A DNA stretch of 27,716 nucleotides from a virus (lineage: Duplodnaviria > Heunggongvirae > Uroviricota > Caudoviricetes), in IMG/VR virus record IMGVR_UViG_2534681772_000017. The stretch is one strand, 5' to 3'. The position numbers were made by a program, and so were the translations under genes. This document shows, piece by piece, positions 16,006-23,619 of this stretch. The notes beneath the pieces were generated by a model. The model was given only the letters and a program-made list of their open reading frames with translations, was not told where the DNA came from and searched no databases. Position 1 is the first letter of the stretch; each line of letters starts with the position of its first letter.

Positions 16006-16150
16006 CCCGAAAACCAATGGCGACCTGAGCGCGGATATCCGCCGTCTTGAGGGCGCGCTGACCGCCTGCGCGCTACAGGTCAAAACCGTCAAACACTGTC
16101 AGGATGAACTCGATGCAGAAGCACAAAAGCCTGCGCAAGGCGCTGATTAA
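15860..16150 (+). CDS. Outer-membrane lipoprotein spanin (Rz1 / LysC-like), overlapped architecture
   Basis: 96-aa ORF in another frame that starts inside the Rz gene and runs past its end. Lipoprotein-like signal (MKMKPFAAGITLLCLMLCVGC) followed by a Pro-rich segment. Confidence 0.6.
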   Translation: MKMKPFAAGITLLCLMLCVGCTPAPPVPAPVIVVSGCPRVSLCPMPGSDPKTNGDLSADIRRLEGALTACALQVKTVKHCQDELDAEAQKPAQGAD

Positions 16151-16580
16151 CGCCGTGCCGCAGCTCCGAAATAACCCCGATATGCTGCGCCTGTTTGCCG
16201 ACAACGGCCATACCGATTCCCGGCTGGCGAGCTCGCTGTCGTTTGAAAAGGTGTACGTGCTTAACGTGGTGGTGACCGACTTCACCGGCGACCTCGATTT
16301 GATATTCGTGCCGGTGCAGGCGTGGCTGCGTGAACATCAGCCAGACATTATGACCACCGACGACGGCCGGGAAAAAGGATTCACCTGGATTATTGATATC
16401 AATAACGACGATTCGCTTGATATCAGTATCAGCCTGAGGCTCACCGAGCGCACGCTCGTCAAAGAGGTCGACGGCGCGCTGCACGTCAGCTATGCCCCTG
16501 AGCCGCCGCTGCCTGAGCCGGTGACGCGCCCGGTCGAGCTGTACGTTAACGGCGAACTGGTGAGTAAGTGGGATGAGTGA
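16113..16580 (+). CDS. R: Tail completion protein (P2 gpR)
   Basis: Start set at MQKHKSLRKAL (SD AGGA), matching the P2 R N-terminus (MLKPDSLRRAL) in pattern. C-terminal PVELYVNGELVSKWDE resembles the end of P2 R. Confidence 0.85.
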   Translation: MQKHKSLRKALINAVPQLRNNPDMLRLFADNGHTDSRLASSLSFEKVYVLNVVVTDFTGDLDLIFVPVQAWLREHQPDIMTTDDGREKGFTWIIDINNDDSLDISISLRLTERTLVKEVDGALHVSYAPEPPLPEPVTRPVELYVNGELVSKWDE

Positions 16581-17022
16581 ATTAACCGCGCTGCAGGAAC
16601 GCCTTGCCGGTCTGATTGCCAGCCTGTCACCGGCGGCACGTCGGCAAATGGCGGCTGAGGTTGCGAAAAAGTTGCGTACCAGTCAGCAACAGCGCATCAA
16701 GCGCCAGCAGGCACCCGACGGCACCCCGTATGCCGCGCGTAAGCGCCAGCCGGTGCGGAGCAAGAAAGGTCGGATTAAACGTGAAATGTTCGCCAAACTG
16801 CGCACCAACCGCTTTATGAAAGCTAAAGGCAGCGACAGTGCGGCGGTGGTGGAGTTTACCGGCAAGGTGCAGCGCATGGCGCGGGTGCATCAGTACGGGC
16901 TCAAAGACCGGCCAAACCGCAACAGCCGGGATGTGCAGTACGATGCCCGCCCGTTGCTCGGTTTCACCCGCGACGATGAGCAGATGATTGAAGACGTCAT
17001 TATCAGGCACCTCGGCAAATAA
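16573..17022 (+). CDS. S: Tail completion protein (P2 gpS)
   Basis: 149 aa. Start overlaps the R stop (ATGAGTGA). Conserved position. Confidence 0.85.
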   Translation: MSELTALQERLAGLIASLSPAARRQMAAEVAKKLRTSQQQRIKRQQAPDGTPYAARKRQPVRSKKGRIKREMFAKLRTNRFMKAKGSDSAAVVEFTGKVQRMARVHQYGLKDRPNRNSRDVQYDARPLLGFTRDDEQMIEDVIIRHLGK

Positions 17023-17090
17023 ATATTGTGTGAACCACCACCGGAGCCGCGCGAATTGGCGCGACTCCAGACCAGAGGCATCCTTGCACT

Positions 17091-17726
17091 ATGAATACGT
17101 TATCCACGATACAGGAGCTCGCACGCGCGATTCGCAACCTCATCCGCTCAGGTGTGGTGACTGAGGTTGATACCGTGCAGGGGCTGTGCCGCGTACAAAG
17201 CGGCGGGATCCAGACAACATGGCTGAACTGGCTGACCACCCGCGCCGGTCGTTCGCGGACGTGGTGGGCTCCCTCGGTCGGTGAGCAGGTTCTGCTGCTG
17301 GCAATCGGTGGTGAGCTTGATACCGCTTTCGTGCTGCCGGGTATTTTCTCCGACGATAACCCCGCTCCGTCGGCCTCGGCGGATGCGTGGCATGTGGCTT
17401 TCCCTGATGGTGCGGTCATTGAGTACGAGCCCGAAACCGGCGCGCTGACGGTCAGCGGCATAAAAACGGCCGACGTGACGGCATCGGAGTCCATCACCGC
17501 AACCGTGCCGCTGGTACTGGTGAAAGCCTCGACCAGTATCACCCTCGACACCCCGGAGGTGATTTGCACCAATAAGCTGACGACGGCGACGCTTGAGGTG
17601 CAGAAAGGCGGCAAGATGAGCGGCAATATCGAACATTCCGGCGGGTCACTGTCGTCTAATGGCAAGGTGCTCCACACCCATAAACACCCGGGCGACAGCG
17701 GCGGGCAAACGGGGGCTCCGTTATGA
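17091..17726 (+). CDS. V: Baseplate assembly / spike protein (P2 gpV)
   Basis: 211 aa, identical in length to P2 V. Followed by W with an overlapping stop/start. Confidence 0.9.
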   Translation: MNTLSTIQELARAIRNLIRSGVVTEVDTVQGLCRVQSGGIQTTWLNWLTTRAGRSRTWWAPSVGEQVLLLAIGGELDTAFVLPGIFSDDNPAPSASADAWHVAFPDGAVIEYEPETGALTVSGIKTADVTASESITATVPLVLVKASTSITLDTPEVICTNKLTTATLEVQKGGKMSGNIEHSGGSLSSNGKVLHTHKHPGDSGGQTGAPL

Positions 17727-18070
17727 CGGCGCGCTATCAGGGGATGAACCGAAATACCGGCCTCGGCATCAGCGACACTGAGCACATCAGTCAGAGCATG
17801 CGCGACATACTGCTGACGCCGGTCGGCTCGCGGGTGATGCGCCGTGAATATGGCTCGCTTCTGTCGGCGCTGATTGATATGCCGCAAAACCCGGCGCTCA
17901 GGCTGCAAATTATGGTGGCGTGCTATTCGGCTATCCAGAAGTGGGAGCCGCGCATCCGGCTTACCGCCATCAGCTTTGAGACCGGCGACGCTGGCGAAAT
18001 GTATGTCGATATTACCGGGATGCGTACCGATACCGGTGCGTCAGTTTCAACCACTGTTTCACTGAGTTAA
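17723..18070 (+). CDS. W: Baseplate wedge protein (P2 gpW, gp25-like)
   Basis: 115 aa, the same length as P2 W. ATGA overlap with V. Confidence 0.9.
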   Translation: MTARYQGMNRNTGLGISDTEHISQSMRDILLTPVGSRVMRREYGSLLSALIDMPQNPALRLQIMVACYSAIQKWEPRIRLTAISFETGDAGEMYVDITGMRTDTGASVSTTVSLS

Positions 18071-18076
18071 ATCACT

Positions 18077-18985
18077 ATGGCAACCGTTGACCTGAGTCAG
18101 TTACCCGTTCCCGACGTGGTTGAGGAACTGGACTATGAAACCATCCTTGCGGAACGCATTGCGACGCTGATTTCGCTCTATCCCGAAGACCAGCAGGAGT
18201 CCATTGCCCGGACGCTCGCGCTTGAGTCAGAGCCGATTGTTAAGCTGCTGCAGGAAAACGCCTACCGTGAAGTTATCTGGCGTCAGCGGGTGAACGAAGC
18301 CGCACAGGCGGTGACGCTGGCCTACTCCGCCGGTAACGACCTCGACGTCGTGGCCGGGAACAACAATACCGAGCGCCTGACCATCACCCCGGCGGATGAC
18401 ACCACCATTCCGCCGACACCTGCCGTTATGGAATCCGATACTGACCTGCGACTGCGCACGCAACAGGCGTTTGAGGGATTGAGCGTGGCGGGTCCGGTCG
18501 GGGCATATGAGTATCACGGTCGCAGCGCCGACGGGCGGGTCGCTGACGTCTCGGTCGCAAGTCCGTCGCCAGCCTGCGTGACGATTACCGTGCTATCGCG
18601 CGAGGGTGACGGCACTGCTAGTCCTGAACTACTGGCGATTGTTGATAAAGCGCTGAATGCCGAAGATGTGCGCCCGGTGGCCGACCGGGTTACCGTCCAG
18701 TCAGCCGAGATTGTGCCGTACCAGATTGACGCGACGCTCTACGTTTACCCCGGCCCCGAATCTGAACCCATCAGGCAGGCATCAGAGCAGAAGCTGCAGA
18801 GCTACATCAGCGCGCAGCACCGCCTCGGGCGTGATATCCGTCTGTCGGCCATTTACGCGGCGCTGCATGTTGAGGGGGTGCAGCGTGTCGAGCTGGCATC
18901 ACCTCAGACCGATATTGTGCTGAGTAAGTCGCAGGCGTCGAACTGCACCGAGTACCAGATAACTATCGGGGGCTCGGATGAGTGA
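18077..18985 (+). CDS. J: Baseplate wedge protein (P2 gpJ)
   Basis: 302 aa, identical in length to P2 J. Conserved order V-W-J-I. Confidence 0.9.
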   Translation: MATVDLSQLPVPDVVEELDYETILAERIATLISLYPEDQQESIARTLALESEPIVKLLQENAYREVIWRQRVNEAAQAVTLAYSAGNDLDVVAGNNNTERLTITPADDTTIPPTPAVMESDTDLRLRTQQAFEGLSVAGPVGAYEYHGRSADGRVADVSVASPSPACVTITVLSREGDGTASPELLAIVDKALNAEDVRPVADRVTVQSAEIVPYQIDATLYVYPGPESEPIRQASEQKLQSYISAQHRLGRDIRLSAIYAALHVEGVQRVELASPQTDIVLSKSQASNCTEYQITIGGSDE

Positions 18986-19586
18986 CAGGCTGTTACCCGT
19001 TGGCTCGTCGCCGCTGGAAGTTGCCGCCGCTGCTGCACTCTCTGAGATTCAGCGCGTGCCGGTACCGCTGCGCACCCTGTGGAACTGGCGCACCTGCCCG
19101 GTAAAGCTGCTGCCGTATCTGGCGTGGGCGCTGTCGGTCGACAGGTGGGATGAGAAATGGCCGGAGGCGACAAAGCGCAGCGTCTGCGCGTCCTCGTTTT
19201 TCGTCCATCAGCACAAAGGCACCATCAGCGCATTGCGTCGGGTCGTCGAGCCGCTCGGCTTTCTGATTGAGGTGCGCGAGTGGTGGCAGCTCAACGAGGA
19301 GCCAGGCACATTCCGCCTCGTTGTTGGCGTCCTCGACAGCGGCATCACTGACGAAATGTATCAGGAGCTTGAGCGACTGATTGAAGACGCCAAACCGGCA
19401 AGTCGCCACCTGACCGGGCTGGCTATCAGTCTGAGCTCGACCGGCGAACTGTATGTCGGCGCGGGATGCTATCACGGCGACGCGCTGACTGTTTACCCCT
19501 ACACCCCCGAGGAGATTGTCGTCGGCGGTGAATATTACCCGGCCTCGGCCATCCATTTGATTGATAATCTGAGAGTGAACGCATGA
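18978..19586 (+). CDS. I: Baseplate protein (P2 gpI)
   Basis: 202 aa. Overlaps the J stop and the H start. Confidence 0.85.
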   Translation: MSDRLLPVGSSPLEVAAAAALSEIQRVPVPLRTLWNWRTCPVKLLPYLAWALSVDRWDEKWPEATKRSVCASSFFVHQHKGTISALRRVVEPLGFLIEVREWWQLNEEPGTFRLVVGVLDSGITDEMYQELERLIEDAKPASRHLTGLAISLSSTGELYVGAGCYHGDALTVYPYTPEEIVVGGEYYPASAIHLIDNLRVNA

Positions 19587-20629
19587 CCGCAAAATATTTT
19601 GCCATTCTGACCAATCAGGGCGCGGCGCGGCTGGCGAACGCGGCGGCACTCGGTACCAAACTCAACCTGACGCAGATGGCCGTCGGTGATGCGAATGGTA
19701 CGTTGCCGACCCCTGACCCGGCGCAGACGAAGCTCATTAACCAGAAACGCATCGCGCCGCTGAACCTGCTGACCGTTGACCCGGCCAATACCAGTCAGAT
19801 TATCGCGGAACAGATTATTCCCGAGAATGAAGGTGGTTTCTGGATCCGCGAGATTGGCCTTTATGACGATGACGGCATTCTGATTGCCGTGGCGAACTGC
19901 CCGGAGACCTACAAACCGCAACTGCAGGAGGGAAGCGGTCGCACGCAGACCATTCGCATGATTCTGATTGTGTCGAGCACGTCGGCTATCACCCTGAAAA
20001 TCGACCCGTCAGTCGTGCTGGCAACGCGCCAGTATGTCGACGACAAAGTTATCGAGGTGAAATCCTATGCTGATAGTCTGCTGGCCGCACACCTTGCAGA
20101 TGCTGACCCGCATCCGCAATACCTGAAAATAACTGACATTGCGAAATATACCCCGGTCGGCGTGCCGCTCCCTTATCCGTCAGCGACGCCGCCGACAGGC
20201 TGGCTGAAATGTAATGGTGCGGTATTTGATAAGGTGAAATATCCGGGGCTCGCCGCAGTATTTCCGTCGGGGAATCTGCCTGATTTACGCGGTGAGTTTA
20301 TCCGTGGATGGGATGATAGTCGTGGTATCGACAACGGGCGTGCGGTGCTTTCATCTCAAGGCCATTCACTCAGAGACCACTCACATAACCAGCAGGTCTG
20401 GACAGGTTCAAATACAACATCGTCAACTATTGGTCAGGCCGGGAGTTATGCTCCGCTAGCAACTGGAGGGGATGGGGGGATTGCCTATACTGACCGGGAG
20501 CCTCAAAGCCTACCTTCAGCAGTAAGAGCTATCGGCACTCGTGGGGTTGCTTCTGACAATGCAGCGAATATTGGCACTGAAACCCGCCCGCGCAACATAG
20601 CATTTAACTACATAGTGAGGGCTGCATAA
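19583..20629 (+). CDS. H: Tail fibre protein (short gpH) with C-terminal tail-collar receptor-binding domain
   Basis: 348 aa. N-terminus follows the conserved P2 H pattern (MAVGD...IAELVIPPE..GGFW.RE.GLYDD.G.LIAVAN). The C-terminal third carries the tail-collar signature (LKCNGAVFDKVKYPGLAAVF...LPDLRGEFIRGWDDSRG...TETRPRNIAFNYIV). P2 H is about 669 aa. Confidence 0.85.
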   Translation: MTAKYFAILTNQGAARLANAAALGTKLNLTQMAVGDANGTLPTPDPAQTKLINQKRIAPLNLLTVDPANTSQIIAEQIIPENEGGFWIREIGLYDDDGILIAVANCPETYKPQLQEGSGRTQTIRMILIVSSTSAITLKIDPSVVLATRQYVDDKVIEVKSYADSLLAAHLADADPHPQYLKITDIAKYTPVGVPLPYPSATPPTGWLKCNGAVFDKVKYPGLAAVFPSGNLPDLRGEFIRGWDDSRGIDNGRAVLSSQGHSLRDHSHNQQVWTGSNTTSSTIGQAGSYAPLATGGDGGIAYTDREPQSLPSAVRAIGTRGVASDNAANIGTETRPRNIAFNYIVRAA

Positions 20630-21225
20630 TGGCAAAAGCAACACTAAACAAAAGTGGTATTGCTATAAAAGCCGGTGATATGACCGTCTATAACTTTGAT
20701 GGTAAAACGCGCGAATATTTATCTGCATCCGTGGAATTTCTTGCCGTTGGTGTCGGTATCCCTGCCAACTCCTGTACCGATGTGCCAGTCGATGAAAAGG
20801 CGGGATTTGCCGTTTGCCGTACAGCCACCCTTGACGGGTGGCGATATGTAACAGACCACCGGGGCGAAACGGTGTATGACACTGAAACCAGTCAACCTGT
20901 CGAGATTACCGAGCTTGGTGACTATCCAGACAACGTGACCACCATCAAGCCACTGACACCTTATGACAGATGGAGTGGTAGCGAATGGGTTACGGATGAG
21001 ACCGCACAGAAAAGCGGTCAGGTACTGGAGGCGAAGCAGCAAAAATCCGCATTGCTGACTGAAGCGCAAAGCGTAATCAGCCTGTGGCAAACCGAGCTGC
21101 AGCTCGGCATCATCAGTGATGATGACAAGGCCAGCCTGATTGCGTGGATGAAATACATTCAGGCACTGAACGCGGTCGACATTTCCACGGCACCGGATAT
21201 CGAGTGGCCGGTTAAACCGGAATAA
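20629..21225 (+). CDS. G: Tail fibre assembly chaperone (P2 gpG / Tfa family)
   Basis: 198 aa, directly after H with a TAATG overlap. Tfa-like N-terminus and conserved position. Confidence 0.85.
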   Translation: MAKATLNKSGIAIKAGDMTVYNFDGKTREYLSASVEFLAVGVGIPANSCTDVPVDEKAGFAVCRTATLDGWRYVTDHRGETVYDTETSQPVEITELGDYPDNVTTIKPLTPYDRWSGSEWVTDETAQKSGQVLEAKQQKSALLTEAQSVISLWQTELQLGIISDDDKASLIAWMKYIQALNAVDISTAPDIEWPVKPE

Positions 21226-21229
21226 TGCA

Positions 21230-21254
21230 GGGCGGGCTGATGCCCGTCTTTTTT
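21230..21254 (+). terminator. Intrinsic terminator after the tail-fibre operon
   Basis: CGGGC-TGAT-GCCCG hairpin followed by TCTTTTTT, 5 bp after the G stop codon. Confidence 0.65.
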
Positions 21255-21356
21255 ATGATTTATTTATGTGCCATCCGCTACCCATCGCCGACAAATAGCC
21301 CCTCACCAGACCAGCCAGGACAATAACACTCGCCCACTAACCACGGAGTTAACCGG

Positions 21357-22535
21357 ATGAGTGATTTTCACCACGGCGTGCAGGTGCTCGAAATTAACGA
21401 CGGCACCCGCGTCATTTCCACTGTTGCAACCGCAATTGTCGGCATGGTTTGTACGGCCAGCGATGCGGATGCCGCGACATTTCCCCTCAATGAGCCGGTA
21501 CTGATTACCAATGTGCAGAGCGCCATTGCGAAAGCCGGTAAAAAAGGCACGCTGTCTGCCTCCCTGCAGGCCATCGCCGACCAGTCAAAGCCCGTCACCG
21601 TTGTCGTGCGTGTTGCCGAAGGTACCGGAGAAGACGCGGAAGCGCAGACCATTTCCAATATCATCGGCGGCACGGATGAGAACGGTAAATACACCGGTAT
21701 CAAGGCGCTGTTGACTGCCGAAGCGGTCACCGGCGTTAAGCCGCGCATTCTCGGCGTGCCGGGGCTCGATACCAAAGAGGTCGCAGTCGCACTTGCGTCG
21801 GTCTGTATCAGCCTGCGCGCCTTTGGCTATGTCAGTGCATGGGGCTGTAAGACTATTTCCGAGGCGATGGCCTATCGCGAGAATTTCAGTCAGCGCGAAC
21901 TGATGGTCATCTGGCCTGACTTCCTCGCGTGGGACACCACCACGAACGCCACCGCAACGGCATACGCAACTGCGCGCGCACTCGGCCTGCGTGCTTACAT
22001 CGACCAGACTGTCGGCTGGCACAAAACCCTGTCTAACGTCGGCGTGCAGGGTGTCACCGGCATCAGCGCATCAGTCTTTTGGGATTTGCAGGCATCCGGC
22101 ACCGATGCTGACCTGCTCAACGAGGCCGGGGTCACGACGCTGGTGCGTAAAGATGGTTTCCGCTTTTGGGGTAACCGCACCTGCTCTGATGACCCGCTTT
22201 TCCTGTTTGAGAACTACACCCGCACCGCGCAGGTGCTGGCCGACACGATGGCCGAGGCGCACATGTGGGCGGTCGACAAGCCCATCACCGCATCGCTTAT
22301 CCGTGACATTGTCGACGGTATTAACGCCAAATTCCGCGAGCTGAAATCTAATGGCTACATCGTGGACGGTGAATGCTGGTTCGACGAGGAATCGAACGAT
22401 AAGGAAACCCTCAAGGCCGGGAAACTGTATATCGACTACGACTATACGCCGGTTCCACCACTGGAAAGCCTGACCCTGCGCCAGCGTATCACCGATAAAT
22501 ATCTGGTGAATCTGGCCGAATCGGTCAACAGCTAA
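21357..22535 (+). CDS. FI: Contractile tail sheath protein (P2 gpFI)
   Basis: 392 aa (P2 FI is about 396). N-terminus MSDFHHGVQV.E...G.R is characteristic of P2-family sheath proteins. Confidence 0.95.
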   Translation: MSDFHHGVQVLEINDGTRVISTVATAIVGMVCTASDADAATFPLNEPVLITNVQSAIAKAGKKGTLSASLQAIADQSKPVTVVVRVAEGTGEDAEAQTISNIIGGTDENGKYTGIKALLTAEAVTGVKPRILGVPGLDTKEVAVALASVCISLRAFGYVSAWGCKTISEAMAYRENFSQRELMVIWPDFLAWDTTTNATATAYATARALGLRAYIDQTVGWHKTLSNVGVQGVTGISASVFWDLQASGTDADLLNEAGVTTLVRKDGFRFWGNRTCSDDPLFLFENYTRTAQVLADTMAEAHMWAVDKPITASLIRDIVDGINAKFRELKSNGYIVDGECWFDEESNDKETLKAGKLYIDYDYTPVPPLESLTLRQRITDKYLVNLAESVNS

Positions 22536-22550
22536 GGAGCCTGAACTAAC

Positions 22551-23069
22551 ATGGCACTACCCCGCAAACTAAAATATCTGAACATGTTCAACGACGGTCT
22601 GAGCTACATGGGCGTTGTTGAATCCGTGACACTGCCGAAGCTGACCCGCAAGCTCGAAAACTATCGCGGCGGCGGTATGAATGGTGCGGCGGCGATTGAC
22701 CTCGGTCTCGACGATGATGCGTTAACCGTCGAGTGGTCTGTCGGTGGCCTGCCTGATGTGGCGCTGTGGGCGCAGTACGCCGCGCCGGGTGCTGACGCTG
22801 TGCCGCTGCGTTTTGCTGGATCCTACCAGCGCGACGACACCGGCGAAATCATCGCGGTCGAGGTGGTCATGCGTGGCCGTCATAAAGAAATCGACGGCGG
22901 CGAAAATAAGCAGGGTGAAAACACCTCGACCAAACTGTCGACCGTTTGCACCTATTACCGCCTGACGATTGATGGTAGCGACGTCATCGAAATCGACACC
23001 GTCAACATGGTCGAGAAGGTGAACGGCGTCGACCGTCTGGAACAGCACCGCCGCGCAATCGGGCTGTAA
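22551..23069 (+). CDS. FII: Tail tube protein (P2 gpFII)
   Basis: 172 aa, the same length as P2 FII. SD AAGGAG upstream. Confidence 0.95.
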   Translation: MALPRKLKYLNMFNDGLSYMGVVESVTLPKLTRKLENYRGGGMNGAAAIDLGLDDDALTVEWSVGGLPDVALWAQYAAPGADAVPLRFAGSYQRDDTGEIIAVEVVMRGRHKEIDGGENKQGENTSTKLSTVCTYYRLTIDGSDVIEIDTVNMVEKVNGVDRLEQHRRAIGL

Positions 23070-23131
23070 TTCCCTGACCGGTCAGCATGGCTGGCCGGTT
23101 ATTAATCCCCTTTCAGAGCAGAGAAAAAATC

Positions 23132-23467
23132 ATGGCTAAAGCACCACGTAAAACCGCTGAATTTGTTGATACGGCTGGCAATGAAATTGACACCGTAAAC
23201 CCGAACGTCGTGACCCTCGACAAGCCGATTAAGCGCGCCGGTCAGACGATTGATAAAGTCACCCTGATTGAGCCGAACGCCGGTACCCTGCGCGGCGTCA
23301 GTCTGGCGGCGGTGGCGCAGTCAGAGGTCGATGCGCTGATTAAAGTGCTGCCCCGCATGACCTATCCCGCGCTCACCACGCAGGAGCTAACCGCGATGAA
23401 CCTGCCCGATATGCTGTCGCTGGCCGCTAAGGTGATTGGTTTTTTGTCACCGGCTTCGGCGGAGTAG
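23132..23467 (+). CDS. E: Tail assembly chaperone E (zero-frame product)
   Basis: Start set at MAKAPRKTAEF. Ends at TAG 23465-23467, shortly after the slippery heptamer T_TTT_TTG (23440-23446). Confidence 0.85.
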   Translation: MAKAPRKTAEFVDTAGNEIDTVNPNVVTLDKPIKRAGQTIDKVTLIEPNAGTLRGVSLAAVAQSEVDALIKVLPRMTYPALTTQELTAMNLPDMLSLAAKVIGFLSPASAE

Positions 23468-23619
23468 ACTTCCCGCCCGACCTGTCGACTGATGACCTGA
23501 TGGCGGATATCGCGGTGATATTCCACTGGCCGCCATCAGAGCTCTATTCCCTGAGCCTGACCGAGCTCATCACATGGCGCGAAAAGGCGCTGCAGCGTAG
23601 CGGAAACCACAATGAGTAA
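23132..23619 (+). CDS. Tail assembly chaperone E+E', made by a programmed -1 frameshift at 23440-23446
   Basis: Hand translation of the -1 frame after TTTTTTG gives ...VTGFGGVDFPPDLSTDDLMADIAVIFHWPPSELYSLSLTELITWREKALQRSGNHNE*, which closely resembles the P2 E' extension as I recall it. Stops at TAA 23617-23619, overlapping the T start. Confidence 0.8.

Noticed and set aside
17003-17908. 301-aa minus-strand ORF antisense to V and W, and similar long antisense ORFs at 26411-27142, 25117-25665, 12729-13415, 5436-6047 and 9995-10417
   Set aside because: Each lies entirely within a confidently assigned, GC-rich structural or replication gene on the opposite strand. Their translations are low-complexity and Arg/Ser/Ala/Pro-rich, typical of shadow ORFs in high-GC coding sequence, and none has an RBS or recognisable domain.
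19583-21225. Possible diversity-generating retroelement targeting the tail fibre
   Set aside because: No reverse transcriptase gene and no template/variable repeat pair anywhere in the window. The variability signal is compositional mosaicism, consistent with recombination.
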